Below the pieces are notes generated by a model. It was not told the origin of the DNA. It did no database searches and saw only the letters and a program-made list of their open reading frames with translations. A stretch of 37,535 bases of DNA from a virus. Lineage: Duplodnaviria > Caudoviricetes. Each line of letters opens with the position of its first letter. The first letter of the stretch is position 1. Positions 36,495 through 37,535 of this stretch are shown in pieces. The translations under genes and the position numbers were made by a program. The DNA lies in the IMG/VR virus record IMGVR_UViG_3300037467_001783, positions 1 through 37,535 of that record, one strand, 5' to 3'.

Positions 36495-37116
36495 ACTTTT
36501 CTTCCTCCTTGACTATTTGATACCTACCAATAATAAGTTTCTTATATCTTTTGGCATTGTCATAGTCGTGTCTTTTTATTTTAAGATTTTCAACAACTTC
36601 TTTAATTGAGTTAAACTCAAAAATTTCATTTGTTAAGGTATCAAGTATAAGTTGTTTCTTACCTAACTTTTGTTTATGACTTTCAGATATTTCCTTACCT
36701 TTTTGGTTTTGTGGTTGCTTTGCAATAGCTTCAGTAGACCTCTTACGACCTTTTAGAGCTTTACTTACTTGTTGCTTTTGATAATCTGTTTGAGATTTAC
36801 CAAAGAAAGGATTGTTTTCTTTATTCCTATCTTCATAGATTATCCCACCTCTTCCACCTTTAACTTGATTGTAAAATATTGGATTCTTTACTGCGTTTAA
36901 CTTATCAATAAAAAATTCTTCCATTTTATCAAGTTCTTCTTTTGAACGACAGTAACAAATAATTTCATTTTTAAATGACTCTCGTCCGTATTTTTTAACG
37001 GCATTTATTATAGCAAGACCAGTACCAAGGTAACTTCGATTAAAGTTACCTTTGTGTTGACCTACATATAACTTACCATTTTTTAAATTAGTTGTAAGGT
37101 ATATGTATCCGTACAT
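36481..37116 (-). CDS. Free-standing GIY-YIG homing endonuclease with NUMOD3-type repeats
   Basis: GYIYLTTNLKNGKLYVGQH, YLGTG, KYGRESF, E, YN..GG; NPFFGKS, SESHKQKL. Confidence 0.9.
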   Translation of the reverse strand: MYGYIYLTTNLKNGKLYVGQHKGNFNRSYLGTGLAIINAVKKYGRESFKNEIICYCRSKEELDKMEEFFIDKLNAVKNPIFYNQVKGGRGGIIYEDRNKENNPFFGKSQTDYQKQQVSKALKGRKRSTEAIAKQPQNQKGKEISESHKQKLGKKQLILDTLTNEIFEFNSIKEVVENLKIKRHDYDNAKRYKKLIIGRYQIVKEEEKYGRH

Positions 37117-37220
37117 AACATTTGCTCCTCGTTCATTTTTTCACAGTACTCCATTTCACACTTAATTTCACAGAAGTACCCATGATTCATTTTTCTTCCA
37201 CAGTTCAAACATTGTTTCAT
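37083..37220 (-). CDS. 45-aa Zn-ribbon peptide (not in ORF track)
   Basis: MKQCLNCGRKMNHGYFCEIKC; gggagg RBS; overlaps the GIY-YIG start. Confidence 0.55.
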   Translation of the reverse strand: MKQCLNCGRKMNHGYFCEIKCEMEYCEKMNEEQMLCTDTYTLQLI

Positions 37221-37264
37221 GAAGTATCCCTCCCAAAAAATAATTAATTTATGTTTCTAAATTA

Positions 37265-37294
37265 ATTATAATCTAAATGACTACTTTATGTAAA
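37265..37294 (-). promoter_or_regulatory. SigA-like promoter upstream of the Zn-ribbon/GIY-YIG/gyrA unit
   Basis: TTTACA-N18-TATAAT. Confidence 0.55.
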
Positions 37295-37338
37295 CAAAAA
37301 TATTTCTACAAAACTAAATAAATTTTGACTACACCGCA

Positions 37339-37535
37339 TTAAGCAGTATAGTCAATGTATTTATGAAGGTTCTCTTCAATATACTCCTTACGATCTTTCA
37401 CTTCTGTCCCCATAAACATTTCAACTGCTTTTGCCATCTCTTCAGCATCACCAACTGTAATACGCTTTAAATAGCGAGTTGTTGGGTCCATAGCAGTGTA
37501 AGCCATCGTTTCAGGTTCAAGTTCACCAAGCCCCT
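37339..37535 (-). CDS. gyrB: Type II topoisomerase subunit B, C-terminal fragment (runs off window)
   Basis: Translated by hand: GLGELEPETMAYTAMDPTTRYLKRI...FMGTEVKDRKEYIEEN. Confidence 0.9.
   Translation of the reverse strand, partial: GLGELEPETMAYTAMDPTTRYLKRITVGDAEEMAKAVEMFMGTEVKDRKEYIEENLHKYIDYTA

Noticed and set aside
20046-36609. Remaining short ORFs nested in or antisense to recognised genes (20046, 20213, 22832, 24007, 25041, 25937, 28620, 29594, 30553, 32059, 34721, 34965, 36328)
   Set aside because: Contained in or opposite well-supported CDSs
37269-37296. TTATGTAAAC resembling the B. subtilis dif right arm
   Set aside because: No matching left arm; explained by the TTTACA -35 box on the minus strand
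1-37535. tRNA, rRNA, CRISPR array, DGR/retron, IS elements, stop-codon reassignment
   Set aside because: No cloverleafs, repeat-spacer arrays, reverse transcriptase or transposase seen by eye; genes are full length in the standard code. tRNAscan/Infernal were not run

Overview
AT-rich segment of a large Bacillus-type (spore-former) myophage. The + strand (1-10.5 kb) holds the end of the late module: a PBSX/Xkd-like contractile baseplate, a repeat-rich tail fibre, holins, an amidase endolysin, a tyrosine recombinase and an HNH protein. The - strand (10.5-37.5 kb) holds early/middle genes: SASP, RtcB, a Pol-beta-type nucleotidyltransferase, an RsfA-like/sigma factor fusion, a 3D-domain protein, ATP-dependent ligase, dTMP kinase, two all-alpha NTP pyrophosphatases, DnaE, type II topoisomerase subunits and a GIY-YIG endonuclease. 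The best candidate for an undescribed system is at 23.6-28.2 kb: an APH-fold kinase, a HAD phosphatase, an RmlA-like nucleotidyltransferase with an altered sugar pocket, a HipA-like kinase and a T4 beta-glucosyltransferase-like enzyme. Together they suggest a self-contained DNA glycosylation pathway using a non-standard NDP-sugar. Other notable signals are sporulation-linked genes, an RtcB/NTase/acidic-protein operon, a conserved TTTACA-N17-TATAAT promoter family and a recurring ATAAAA-N6-TTTTAT dyad at transcription-unit junctions. All family assignments are by eye from motifs; no database search was run.
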